A stretch of 64,000 nucleotides of DNA from Geosiphon pyriformis uo1 (taxonomy: Eukaryota > Fungi > Glomeromycota). A program made the position numbers and the translations under genes. Positions within the stretch are counted from its first letter, which is position 1; each line of letters opens with the position of its first letter. The notes under the pieces were generated by a model. That model saw nothing but the letters and a program-made list of their open reading frames with translations. It was not told the DNA's origin and did no database searches. The stretch covers positions 364,761-428,760 of the forward strand of contig JAAOMT010000070.1 of NCBI GenBank assembly GCA_016748015.1, read 5' to 3'. Of this stretch, positions 13,917 through 27,000 are shown one piece after another.

Positions 13917-14888
13917 TGTTACCAGTAAAATTTTAACTATTAATTAGCATGAAATTACTCTTATAATTCCTATTATTAATTAGCATATATTATTATTAAT
14001 TCGATTATCACTTATTATTTAATCAAATTATCAAATATCATTACTCAATCAATAATCCGATTTGTACTCTAGAAATTAAGATGATCAAATTACACAATAC
14101 CTTAAATCTTTTAACATAGTCAAAATTCGCCGAAATTAATGAAAATTCGCCGAAATAATCAATAGTTCAGTGAAATAACTTGTAAATTTGCTGAAATGTA
14201 TCTTTAGTTCACCCAAATTGTAGCAAAGAAAAAAGTGCAAGTTCAAAGACTAGTACTACAACAAGTTATATAAAAGAAGAGCTTCTTTTTTCAAAAAAAT
14301 GTATTTTCTCATAGTATCTTACCATAGTATCTTACTTTAGATATCTTAATTGAAAACAAATCACCTTTTGCACATTCAAATAAAAATTAAATATTCGAAA
14401 ACTAAATCCTTAAATTATTATACTTGAAATTTCCTCAACACAACTAGTGTTTTGAAATTGATTAGCTACCAATTTCAATAATCTGTTAGTGACTCCAGGC
14501 CTGGATAGAAAACATTTCTCTTAATAAATTCCATTTCTTTTACATTTTTTTTATTTTTTTTATTTTTCTTATTATAATTATTAGGGTAGCCTACAGACAA
14601 GATTCCTGTAGAAGAGTTGACTTTTTACAGCAAAGTAACTACACATTTTTAGTGAGCTTCCAGATGAGCAATTTTTAGAAAAAAGTTGACGTTTACTACA
14701 ATGTAACTACATAAAGTAACTGGCAAGGAATTGGCCATTCTACTTATAAGCCCAGCAGTTCAAATTATAGGAGATAATTTGAAGATAAATTCAGTTATTG
14801 GAGGTTCAACTACTTCTAGAAAACATGAATTTAAAACAAACAGACATTAATAACATTTAAAAAAAGAGACCGAAAACCTCCAGTAATA
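13917..14888 (+). mobile_element. Solo LTR of a different family, inserted in the protease of element 2
   Basis: Termini TGTTAC...GTAATA; 4-bp TSD CTGT (13913-16) / CTAT (14889-92); protease sequence resumes on both sides; TATATAAAAG near 14267. Confidence 0.8.
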
Positions 14889-17300
14889 CTATATAGCTTT
14901 TATAATAAAAACCTTAATAAGTGCAATAATACTATTAACTTTAAAAAAGAAGTTATTAATTTTGCCAATAGGAGTCTTTATTGTTTTATTTGTTGTAATA
15001 GATTTGGTATTGAGAGTATTTTTACTAAAAAGAGGCATTATTAAAGATTTTTTTAATTTGAAAAGAAAAATAGTGGTAAGTAACTTGTTTTTAGTAATGA
15101 TTACTAATAAAATATTGTTGATTGGTTTTTAAATTGTTAGATAAATTGGTTTCTAAAGTAACTAAAAGACTTAATTAGTTCTGAAAATTCAGGTTTTAGG
15201 TGTATCTACTTTTTAAACTTCTATTGACATGATTCTGATAACTGGTTAAAAAAACTAAAAATCAGCTGATATATTATTATTATTAATCTCCAATTCTGTT
15301 GAGTATAAGTAATTCTTGGTTTTGGATTTCTGGTGAGTGTTGACACTATAATTTAAGGTGGTATTTGAATTTGTTGGAATTAATAAATTACTTGTGGCTG
15401 TGACTGTTAATAAATTATTAAAACAGAAAATATGTATATTGGTTGTTATGTTATTTGGAAGTAATAAAACTGATATTGTTCCTAATTCTAGGTATAATTT
15501 GAAATTTGAAACCAGTGATCAGAATTTTTATATTGATTTTCCAATTATTAGTTATTAAGTTTAGAACAACAGTCTAATTTTAAGCATTTTTGTTTATCAC
15601 AATAGTAACAAATACACATCTTTTGCTGTTATAATTGATTGGCTAATGAAGATAATAGGATTAATTTTGGAAATAATTAGAGTTTTCAGAATTATTATAA
15701 CATTGTAAAAATTAATAAATGACTTGATTGTTAACTAAGTATTTCTTAATTTTTTGATTGATGACTTCACTAAATTGCTTCAATTTAGTATTCAATTTAG
15801 ATAATTTGTTCATTGCTAAGTTGACAACTTAAGTGTAATTGGCTTCAAGTTTGGCCAATTTAAAATTCCTAATGTAAGTAACTGCATCTTAAAAAGTATT
15901 TGGGTGTATTAAACATATTTATTGTAATAAACTGCTATATAATCTGTGAATAAACTGGTTTAAAATCTGTATTGCTGTAAAATAATTAACTTGAATTGCT
16001 TGAATCTGGCACAAATTTCTGTGGAAACATTCTAAATAAGTGGTAACTGTTTTAGCATTATCTTGTTTAATTGTGATAAAACTAGTTAATAAGCAATTTA
16101 GACTATTATTATCACTGAAATACCATAAAAACATAATTTTGAATATATCAAAATTTTGGAGTTTGTTTACAAAATTTTGATATCATAAGTTGGCAGTGTC
16201 TTAAAAAAATATGAGATGGCTTGAATTACTCTGGTATCATCTTATCTATTGACTGTAATAGTTTTTTCCATATTATTTAGACATGTCTGGATATTGTCCT
16301 CTTTGTTAGTAAATTTTTTTAATTTGACAATAAGTGCATATATTATTGGTATAAGTTGTTGTTATTACAGTTGTTGTTAAGATTATAGTTAAGGTTGTTG
16401 TTATTGTATAGCAATTAATACAACTGATGGAATAATTATAATAACTAAAGATAAGTTTAGTTGAATAATAGGAATAAAATTTAAATTGTTTAAGTTTTTT
16501 AGTGTTTAAATAATTGAAGTTTTTATTTTCAGATTATTTGAAATTGGGTTTTAATTGTTATTTTTTTGATTACTGTCTTCTTTTTCTTTTGAATCAATAT
16601 CTTTCTAATAACTAATAGATTCAAAATTTGGTTAAAGTAATAGTAATCAAAGTTCTGATAATGGTGTTAATTATGATTTAAATTCTTTAAAGTAATTATT
16701 ATATGTTTTTAATAATTTGGTTTTCTCTTGATTATTTTGAAATAATACTTTGAGTAATGATGTTTTTGCAGTTAATGATAATATAGATTCTAATAATATG
16801 TGTATAATATTTTCTGGTATATGATAGTATAATAAGTAAATAAATAAAACAACTTTTGGTTTTTTCTAATTAGATAGTTGTATTTTTTTTGGTGTTTTTG
16901 TTGGAGTTTGTAATTTTTTTTTGTTTGTAAAAGTAATAAAAAATTTTTGTTAAGTGTAATTTTCAATTTTTTTATTTATTTTTATAATTAATAATATAAA
17001 CAGATAGTTTGGTAAAAGTGTAGTAGTTTGGAATAATTTATTATAGAAATTGTTGAGAGTAGTTTTTAGATCTCCTTGGTCTTTCAAATAAGATTTAATT
17101 TTTTTGTTGATGTAGTAATTGAAAGCTAATTCTGCTGGCCAATAGTTATTTGTTAGTTCAAAGTGAATTTGGTAATGTTAAAATAAGAATTTTATGAATT
17201 CTAAATGATTTTTTTTTATGATTTCTTGGTCTGTCACTTTTCCAGATAGTTAATATTGGTGCTGGTTTCTGTTGAATTATACTTTACAAAAAGCACTAAA

Positions 17301-18078
17301 TATTACAGATAATTATTTAAAGTGTTAAAACAAATAACAAATTCATAACAATAGTACTTAATAGCTGGTAATATTAGTAATTTCTAAAGGTTTTAAAGTC
17401 TGAAGATTTTGATTGAGTTTTTTGTATAATGAACAAAGATTCAATTGATGATTTCTTTTATGAATTTTTTTTTCAGCATAATAGCCAGTTTATTCTAACA
17501 ATTGTGTTTTTCTGATAAGCTATTTTTAAATTTTTACTCTTATTTTCAGGTTTTTTATTAGGCTATCCTTAATGTTAAATATTCAGTACTTAACTTTTTT
17601 AATTAATTAGTAAATAACAAAGAAACCAAACAAAAAAAAATAAAAAATTAGTATTTTGTTAATAGCCATAATTAAGAACTATTGGTTCAGTATGGTTAAA
17701 TATTAACATAAAGTATTAATAAAATAAAATAAATTAATATTTTTTTAATAAAATAATAATAACATAAATTCAATGATAATAAATAATTTTATTAATATAG
17801 AAATGATTTTATTTTAAATTATAGAAAACTATCTTTTGAAGGAAGAAATATTGTTCTAAATTAATATGAACTCTATTTGAATTCTCTTGGAATTACTTTT
17901 TCTGCTTTTAATATTCTCACTATATATATATAATTTATGTTATACAGATTCTTAAAAATTCTGTAATTTCCCAAGAAAATTCTGGAATTCTGGAATCTTG
18001 TAATTCTCTATTTTACTATGCATATTTCTGATTGGTTATTTTATCTATTATTATAATTCTTAATTTTTATAAGTAATA
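17301..18078 (-). repeat. 5' LTR of element 2
   Basis: Direct repeat of 12215-13013, followed on the minus strand by a PBS remnant. Confidence 0.85.
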
Positions 18079-20996
18079 CTGATTAATGGAAATTGCAGTT
18101 ATATTGATATTGTTAATAAAAATATTATTAATTGTAAAAAACTTACTAGCAATATTCAAAATAAATTGTGTTAAAACCTAACTATTTTTTATTCAAATTG
18201 TATTAACAAAAGTGCCAACTGCAAAAAAGAAGATTTTTTTATTATTGACTTTAATTTTGTTTGTTTTTGCTACAAAATTAATATTAATTTAATATTTATA
18301 AAAATGTTTTTGCCTTTTGATCTTACACAATAAAAGATCATAAAATATTTTCCAAAAAAATAAGGGAAAACTTTGTTCTAATCCAGTTTATTATGTACTT
18401 TATAACTATCTAAAAGACCAAAATCAGTCATTATTTTATTAACTCTGTTTATGTAAATATTTTCAAGAAATTTAATAAATCTGGTACATATTTTAATGTG
18501 CTTTAAATTAGCTTTTAAATAATATTATCCAACTGAATTATATGTTTTATGTATATTTTATAGTACTAATTAGAGCTTTCAGTTTTTTTTCAAAATATTT
18601 TCTATTATTAAACCAATGTCAAATATCAATAATTAAATTAAAGTTTTTTTCAAAACCAAAAAATTATTATCATAAAGAATATTAAACTTATTATAAGCAA
18701 ATAAAATTTGATTTAACAGAATCTTAAACAAAAATTTTTTAATAGTCTTGATCAATATAATAGGTTGTGTATTTGTTAAAATGTCTTTTTATTTATATAA
18801 TTTGGAAATTATTGAAACTTAAATTTCTTTTTAAAGCATTAAAACATCACAAAATTTTAAATAAATTTTTAACAAATTTAAGAAACAGCTCAAACTATAT
18901 TACTATTATGCTTTTAAAATTCATTAAATATATCAAATAAATCTGTAACTTTGCTTTTAAACAAATTATTAACTACTTAAACCAATTTTTCTGTATTGAT
19001 TTTATTTATTATATTATTAAAAACATTATTTTTAATATAATTCAGAAAAACATATTAGTAAGACTACAAAACAAACAATATTAAAAGCATTTTATGTTTT
19101 TTTGTTTATTTTATCATAATTTTATTAACTCTAAGGTTTATTTTATTTGGCTTTAAAATTAATTTATTCTTAATTACTAAATAATCCAGTACTATCTTGT
19201 AAAAAAACTATTTCAACTCATTTTTTATTATGTCTCTTTTATTAAACTAAAATTTTTTGGTTATTTTTTGATTATTCTTTAATAGTGATATTTTTAACCA
19301 CTTTTAATTTATAATACTTAAACTTACAATAGCTTTTTTTAATTTTTAATAAATATTTAATTACATATATAGATTTTATGTTATTATAAAACATATTACT
19401 AATCTTAAAAGCTTTAGCAATATTAATAATTAACCAAACTCCAAAAAGACAATTAAACTTAGGTTTATTATTTAAATTCAACTTTTTAACTATTTTAGTT
19501 ATTAATAGCTCTAATTTAAAAAACTTAAAAAACTGTTTGTTTTTTGAACAATTAAATTTACTGTATTAATATTTAAAGAAAATTTTATTAGCTGAATTTA
19601 ATATTATTATTTTTAAATTTTTTATATTGTATTTAAATTCTCAAGATCTTTTGCATTTATAAATTTACTTATTAATATAAAAATTAATACAAAAGATTGC
19701 TTTTTAAAATATATTTATTTAATCTTATTTGCATTTTTTATCTTGTATTTTTAATGATTTTTATTAGTCTATTTGTAAATATTATTTAAATAAAAGTTTA
19801 ATAGATTTTTTAAATCAACTAAGACTATAATTACCTTGTAATTAGTGTTGAAAAATTCAGATATAGAACTAATTACATGATTAACAACAACTAATACTAA
19901 AATTTTACTTATAAATATATAATCAATAATCTTATTAACTTCTTTAAAATTATTTTAAGTAAATGTCTTGACTAAAAAATATCCACCAAAAAAATTATTC
20001 AATTCTAAATCCAAGTATTTTTTAAGACTTACAGATTTTTTAAAACTATTCTTATTAAAATTACTACTTAAAATCATAAAAAAAGCTAGAATTAGCCACT
20101 TTGAAAATAAAAAAGCTGATATTAAAGATTTAATTAAACCTAGTTTTAGTTAATACTCCAGTATATAAATCCAAAATTATAATTAAAATTTTATTTTTAA
20201 ATAAAAAACAAACCGAAATAATTTTGTTCAAAATTTTCTTAATCTTAAAATATATTGAGCCAAAAAACTGTTTATAAAAATAACTATATTAGTATTAAAA
20301 AAACTTTTATTTAAATCAAATATAAAAATCTAAATATTATTAAACTTATATTTAATTTATGGTTTAATATTAGATCTTAACTTAATCTTTATTATAATAA
20401 AAATTATATTACCAAATTTTATATGTCAATAAACAATGTTTTCTTGTTTAATAAAATTTTTTATATTTTTAACATTACATATAGTTATTTTTCAAATAAA
20501 CTTATTAAGAAACATAAAATACTAAAAAACTCAAGCCAATATACAATAAATCTAATTTTATTAAAACTAAACTAATTAAAACTTCTAAAGCAACTATATT
20601 TAACTTTAAACTACTTATCTTAAAGATTAAAATCTTTGAACTACTTAAAATTATAATTGAAAACTTTAATATATTTATTACAAAAAAAGAAAAAAGCTTA
20701 AATGAAATATTAATAATTATTTTTGAATTCAACTCTGAATTAAAAGCCAGCATATTAACTTAGAAAGAAAAAAAGACAATAGAATTATAAAAAATATTTA
20801 ACATCTGATTAGTTAAAAACTTTAAAAAATGTTCTAATAATACCAAGCAAATATTAATAGATAAATTTAAAAAACTAATATTTAAAAAAAAAACATTAAA
20901 GAAAGCATTAGCATAAAAACTACAAAAAACAACAAGTAAGATAATTATTAAAAAAACTTGTTTTCAAAAACTACAAATTACATAATATAGTTAGAA

Positions 20997-21158
20997 AGAT
21001 TTTAAATTTCATAGATCAATTCTGGAATAATTTACAAACAATTTTTGTAATCTAATTGGTGTTCAGTATTATAGTCAAGAAGATTTTAAATTTTATAGAT
21101 CAATTCTGAAATAATCCACAAAAAATTTTTGTAATCTAATTAGTGTTCAGTATTATTA
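20997..21158 (+). repeat. 84-bp tandem duplication (2 units)
   Basis: AGATTTTAAATT..ATAGATCAATTCTG..GTAATCTAATT.GTGTTCAGTATTAT starts at both 20997 and 21081. Confidence 0.85.
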
Positions 21159-21540
21159 GCATAAAAAATTTGATAATACTTTATTGATCAAATACTTAAA
21201 TAAAAATCGAAATTAACAGTAGAAACATACTTTTATAAACACAAAGTTTCAGAATTCATAAGAATTCACACAACTTTACATAGTAGTTTTTTATTAAATT
21301 GGATTTAAAATTACATATTGTTTTATAATGAATGCTAAAGACTTATTCTGTTTATTTGAATCTCTTACCAGTAAATATAATGAAAGTCAATTAGTAAAAT
21401 ATAAGACCAAAAAAAGTCAAAGATAGTAACATGTATTAGCTAGTGTTATAACAAAAAAAATAATAGAAATAACTAAGTATTTTCCTAGATTAACTATATT
21501 ATTTGACTCTCTAAACAATTACTCTTTATGTAAAAGACAT

Positions 21541-22315
21541 TGTTACGGGATGGTTTTCTTGTTATATTTAATTGCTGATATCCCGCTTTAATTGCAATTA
21601 GTCTTTCGTGAGTTCCTCAATTCTATTTGTGTGATAATGTCACTATTACATTGAAGGCTTTCTTTTTACTGTTGCGATGTAAGTTATTCTTTAATTCTTG
21701 ATTGTTGTGTGTGTTTATGTACTCCTTCTCAGAGGCTGAACTGAAATCTACCCACTGTCTAGGGTCTTCTCTGAGGCTATCCTTGCAATTGCCTGATGTG
21801 TTTCTCTAATCTAGAAACACAGAATGTTAATGGTCTTTAGCGCTTTTCTAATTCTTACAATAAAGCTTTTATCAATTAGTAACAACGTAAATAATCTTGA
21901 TCAAGAATTATTCTTCCAAGGGATTCAGTTGATGAATGATAGTTTCATTCAATAAATAATACAAGTAAGTTTCTTAATACTTTGGGTTGTGATAGTTCCG
22001 TTTTAAATATTTTTTTTCATTTCTTTTTGATTTTTAAAGGTTTCTTGGGATATTTAATTTGAAAGTATGATTTGATAAGTTATAATTTTTATTACTTGAT
22101 TGATTCTTTCCCAATATTAAAACTACTGTATATATACATGTTTGTAGTTCTATGAGAAAATACTTTCTTTTTGATATTTCAACCTGGTGCTTGCTGCTAT
22201 CACCAGTTGGTATTGGCTACTATTGTGAACTGGTGCTTGCCACTATCGCGAGATGGTGTTTGCTACTATGTTAATCATTACCTTTCTAAGATTATTACTG
22301 TGCTATATTATGATT
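21541..22315 (-). repeat. 3' LTR of element 3 (its start is in a gap)
   Basis: 21541-22167 aligns without gaps to 29747-30373, with 20 differences; begins TGTTAC on the + strand. Confidence 0.92.
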
Positions 22316-22335
22316 NNNNNNNNNNNNNNNNNNNN

Positions 22336-24047
22336 TTTTCTAAAGTTCCCATTAATTCGTATGTTCTTCTAAGTAGTGTTTCCTGGAATGTTGCTTCCGT
22401 GATAGTGTCACTCGGATAAGTTGGAATAATAAGTTCAATGGGTAATGTGGCTTTTCTTCCATAAACTAGTTCGAACGGTGTGAATTGTGTAGTATCTTGT
22501 TTTACTGTTCTATATGCTAGTAGTACTGCTGGTATGAACAAATCCCATTCTTTTTCATGTTTGTTACTAATTTTCGCCAGTGATTCGCATAATGTGCAAT
22601 TAAATCTTTCAACTAATCCATTTGTTTGAAGGTGGTATGGTAATGACAGTGGTCGCTTGATTCCAAATTTTTGGCTAAGTTCTTTTAAGATGCTGTTTAC
22701 GAAGTGTGTGCCTTGATCTGATAGCAATTCTTGTGGACATCCATGTCGGCAAATTAAGTCTTCATGTACGAATTGAGCTACAGAAATAGCATCAGCTGTT
22801 TTAATAGCTCTAGCTTCTGGCCATTTGGTGAGATAGTCCATGGCTACTGCAATATAATGGTTGTTTCTTGTTGTTATTGGTAAGGGTCCAACTAAATCAA
22901 TTCCGATTCTGTCAAATGGCTGTCCAACNNNNNNNNNNNNNNNNNNNNNNNNNNNNNNNNNNNNNNNNNNNNNNNNNNNNNNNNNNNNNNNNNNNNNNNN
23001 NNNNNNNNNNNNNNNNNNNNNNNNNNNNNNNNNNNNNNNNNNNNNNNNNNNNNNNNNNNNNNNNNNNNNNNNNNNNNNNNNNNNNNNNNNNNNNNNNNNN
23101 NNNNNNNNNNNNNNNNNNNNNNNNNNNNNNNNNNNNNNNNNNNNNNNNNNNNNNNNNNNNNNNNNNNNNNNNNNNNNNNNNNNNNNNNNNNNNNNNNNNN
23201 NNNNNNNNNNNNNNNNNNNNNNNNNNNNNNNNNNNNNNNNNNNNNNNNNNNNNNNNNNNNNNNNNNNNNNNNNNNNNNNNNNNNNNNNNNNNNNNNNNNN
23301 NNNNNNNNNNNNNNNNNNNNNNNNNNNNNNNNNNNNNNNNNNNNNNNNNNNNNNNNNNNNNNNNNNNNNNNNNNNNNNNNNNNNNNNNNNNNNNNNNNNN
23401 NNNNNNNNNNNNNNNNNNNNNNNNNNNNNNNNNNNNNNNNNNNNNNNNNGATCTGATAGCAATTCTTGTGGACATCCATGTCGGCAAATTAAGTCTTCAT
23501 GTACGAATTGAGCTACAGAAATAGCATCAGCTGTTTTAATAGCTCTAGCTTCTGGCCATTTGGTGAGATAGTCCATGGCTACTGCAATATAATGGTTGTT
23601 TCTTGTTGTTATTGGTAAGGGTCCAACTAAATCAATTCCGATTCTGTCAAATGGCTGTCCAACTTTTATTGGTCTTAATAATTCCATTGTTTTTGCTCCT
23701 CCTTTTCGTTGGCATGGGTCACAATTTTTTATGTATTGGATTATGTCTGAGCTTATTTTTGGCCAATAGTAACGGCTAGTTGCACGTTGGATGGTTGCTG
23801 TTTTTCCAAAGTGGCCTGAATGAATATCTGAGTGCATGTTAAATAAGATAGTTTCTTTTTCATCCGTGGTTATAACTCTTAATGGATTATCTGGATTTTG
23901 TCGATTTCGGTAATAAAGTATGTGATTTTGGATAAAATAGTGTTTTGCTAATTTTTGGAGCTTAATTAGCTCTTTTACTGGCATTTCTTTGTCTATTTGT
24001 AGTGTTTCCAAGTATTGGCTGAGGTTTTTGTAAAGGTGGTTGTTCAT
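22336..24047 (-). CDS. Integrase of element 3 (the apparent internal duplication is an assembly artefact)
   Basis: HHCC zinc finger, IGIDLVGPL, LLSDQGTHF, QTNGLVERFN and TPFELVYG. Confidence 0.85.
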
Positions 24048-24076
24048 TGTTGTTGTGGTGGGTGGGTTGGTGATTT

Positions 24077-27000
24077 TTATGTGTGTCTCATTCTTGACAA
24101 ACAGTCGGCATTAGCATTTTTGGTACCTTCTTTGTATTTGATAATATAATCGTATGGTGCTAACATTTGTGACCATCTGGCGTATTTTTCTTTTAGCCCT
24201 TTTTTGTTATTTAACCAGACCAGACTTCTATGATCTGTTGTAATCTCAAAGGGTTGGTACCATAAATATGTGTCAAAGTGAACACAACTCCAGACTACTG
24301 TTAAGCATTCAAGTTCATGTGCTGCGTAGTTTTGTTCTACCGTACTGAGACTTCTGCTGGCATAAGCGATTACACGTTCTCTTCCATTATCATCTTTTTG
24401 TGACAGAATGGCTCCAAGTCCAGTTCCAGAGGCATCTGTGGCCAAAATGAATTTCTTGTTGAAATTCGGATAGATCATTATTGGTGATTCAATGAGCTTT
24501 TGTCTAAGGTACTCAAAAGCTTTTTGTTGTGCTTCAGTTCATTCAAACTTCACATTTTTAGATAGTAGGTAATTAAGGAGTTTGGCAATGTTTGAAAAGT
24601 TTTCTACAAAGCGGCAGTAGTAAGATGCGAGTCCTAAAAAGCTTCTAACTTCTGAGACGTTTCGAGGTACTGGAAAATTTTTCACTTTGTCTATTTTTGA
24701 TGGATCTGGTTTTATTCTATCTTTTCCAACTACGTGTCCTAAAAATGCTAGCTCATTTTTCCCAAAGAAACATTTTTCTAGATTTAGTTTAAGTCCAGCG
24801 TGTCTCAATCTCTCAAAAACTTGTTGTAAATGTTGGAGATGATCCGTGAATTTTGACGAGAAAACATTTATATCATCCAAGTAGACAACAACGGATTGCC
24901 ACAGAATTCCAGAGTAAATTACGTCCATTAGTCTTTGGAATGTCACGGGAGCGTTTGTTAATCCAAATGGCATTACAGTGAACTTATAATTGCCATTTTG
25001 TGTTGTGAATGCTGTTTTATGCCTGTCCTTTGGGTCTATTTCCACTTGCCAATACCCACTGGTCAAGTCCAGTGTAGAAAACCATTTTGCTCCTCCAAAA
25101 ACGTCGAAGATTTCGTCAATTAACGATATTGGGTATGAGTCTTTGGTTGTTTTGCTGTTTAGTTTGCAATAGTCAATGCAAAATCTAATTTTTCCGTTCT
25201 TTTTCTTTACTAAAACAACTGGTGAGGACCATGGGCTCATTGATGGTTGTATTATTCCTTTTTCCAATATGCTTTGGACTTCTTCTCTGATAAAATTATG
25301 CTCCATTGGTGGGACACGGTAAGCGCGTTGTTTTTCAGGTCTGGCGTCTCCAGTGAGGATTTGGTGTTGAACCAAGTTGGTTCTTCCAAATTCACCATTT
25401 CTTGAAAATATATCAGAGTATTTTAAAATTAATGCTTTTAATTGTCACTGTTGGTCGGGATCCATTGTTCCAATGTTTAATTTGGCCAATTCTTCTGGCG
25501 TAAATTGATAGCATTTTACTGGCCAATTTATTGAAGTGAGTTTACAGTAGAGGGCGATTTCTGGGAAATTTAGAATTTCTTGTGGTGTTGACGCGTTTTC
25601 TAGCTCCGTTCCGAGATATCCAATGATGGTATCTTCCGGAATGTAGACGGGTTCTTCTGTGGTATTTGCGATAGGAATTTTTATCCATTGAGCTTTATCA
25701 GCTGAAATAAAAAGGTTAGTAAGTCCTATGAGAAACTGTTGGCAAGTTTCTGGGTAGGGCTCAAATATTAGGTCTTTTTCTTTAATTGTCCTTTTTATTC
25801 TTATTTCTGATTTTCCATATGGTAGGAGCGTGATAGACCGCTCATTTTTAATTACTTCGCTTTTTTCCCCTATTGTTTCAGCAAAATTTGCTTCAATTCC
25901 TTTTCCTGTTGATCCGAAACCAAAAGTTCCTCTCATTGTTTGTGACAATTCCTCACGATTTTCCACTGACACGAATTTCCCAATTTTTTTCAATGGTAGA
26001 AAAATTGCTTGTGCAATCTTTTCCTTAGATTCAATGGTATAAGGCTTTTCTGAATTGTTTTGTAGCAAAACCATCAAATTTCCAGTGTATCCAGAGTCAA
26101 TTACTCCTCCTTGAACGCTTATTCCTTTTTTCGCGAGGCTTGATCGCGACGCCATTTGAACCATTATTCCTGGCGGAATTTCAACCGCTATTTTTAGGTC
26201 GATTTTGGTGATGCTCCTGGGTGGTAACGTTGTGGATTGGTCTTCCAGATAACGTAGATCGAATCCGGCGTTGGTTGGATGGGCTCTTTTGGGTATTATT
26301 CCTAAGTGCCCGTTGTCGAAGTATCGGATGTTGGTCACCTGTTCTAGGTCAGTATAGGCTACAAATTTTTTTGACTCGGGACTGTCAGGTGAGTCTTGTT
26401 GATTTATTGATTGATTTTGAGACTGCTGATTCTCAATTTCCATTTTTCTTTCTAAGTTCCTTTCATCTTGACACTCTTCACAGCACTGACTTTGGCACAA
26501 GATGAGACAGTTTTCGCAGAGGTAAGTGTTGATTTGGGCGAGGTATTGTTCTTGCTTTTGTCGAGTGGGGCATAGTTGTTGGTAGTAGTCCTGGAATTTG
26601 TCCACTGGGTCGAACATGTTGTAGCTGGCGACTTCGTCGGCTACTTCGGCTGACTCTTTCCAACGTCGTATTTCTTCGGCGGTTTCTCCTCTTACTTTGG
26701 CTTGTGTGGTGTTGTACAACTTGTCCTCGTCATGTGGGTAGTGCTGTAGTCTTTTTAACGCTCTGTTGAACGCTGCTTCGAACGGCGTTCTTCCTCTTAC
26801 CCAGTTATAGATGAGGATCGTGTATTGGCAAGTTGCGTCACATGTTCCTCCTCTGCCTGGTAAGTCGTTCCAGTCGCACCCTCTTGGTAACGGTTCTCCA
26901 CAAGCGAGGCACGGTTCCTCGTCCTATTTTCCGTGTCTTTCTGGGTAACCGTATTTTTCTTTGTTACAATGGTTACAATAGTAGTGGGTGGGGTTTCTTG

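Larger units (their letters stand above)
12215..18078 (-). mobile_element. Ty3/Gypsy element 2, internally deleted and strongly eroded
   Basis: Paired LTRs 12215-13013 and 17301-18078; PBS remnant TTTAGTGCTT; PPT at about 13014-13030; gag remnant ORF 15919-16134; PR, Cys-domain and dUTPase-start remnants; no RT or IN. Confidence 0.85.
11740..20950 (-). mobile_element. AT-eroded LINE (end of ORF1 through RT), split by Gypsy element 2
   Basis: 18079-18220 matches the RT region 38920-39060, and 12150-12214 continues it. ORF 20505-20753 matches the ORF1 C-terminus (SSSKILIFKISSLK vs SSSKILTLKVGCLE). Confidence 0.75.

Noticed and set aside
22316-22335. Integrase apparently adjoining the LTR with no PPT or third ORF
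   Set aside because: The 20-N gap probably hides much more sequence, so no conclusion can be drawn.
22715-23663. Apparent duplicated integrase core (579-aa ORF)
   Set aside because: 22715-22928 and 23450-23663 are identical and flank an N gap, which indicates a scaffolding overlap artefact. ORFs spanning N runs were ignored.
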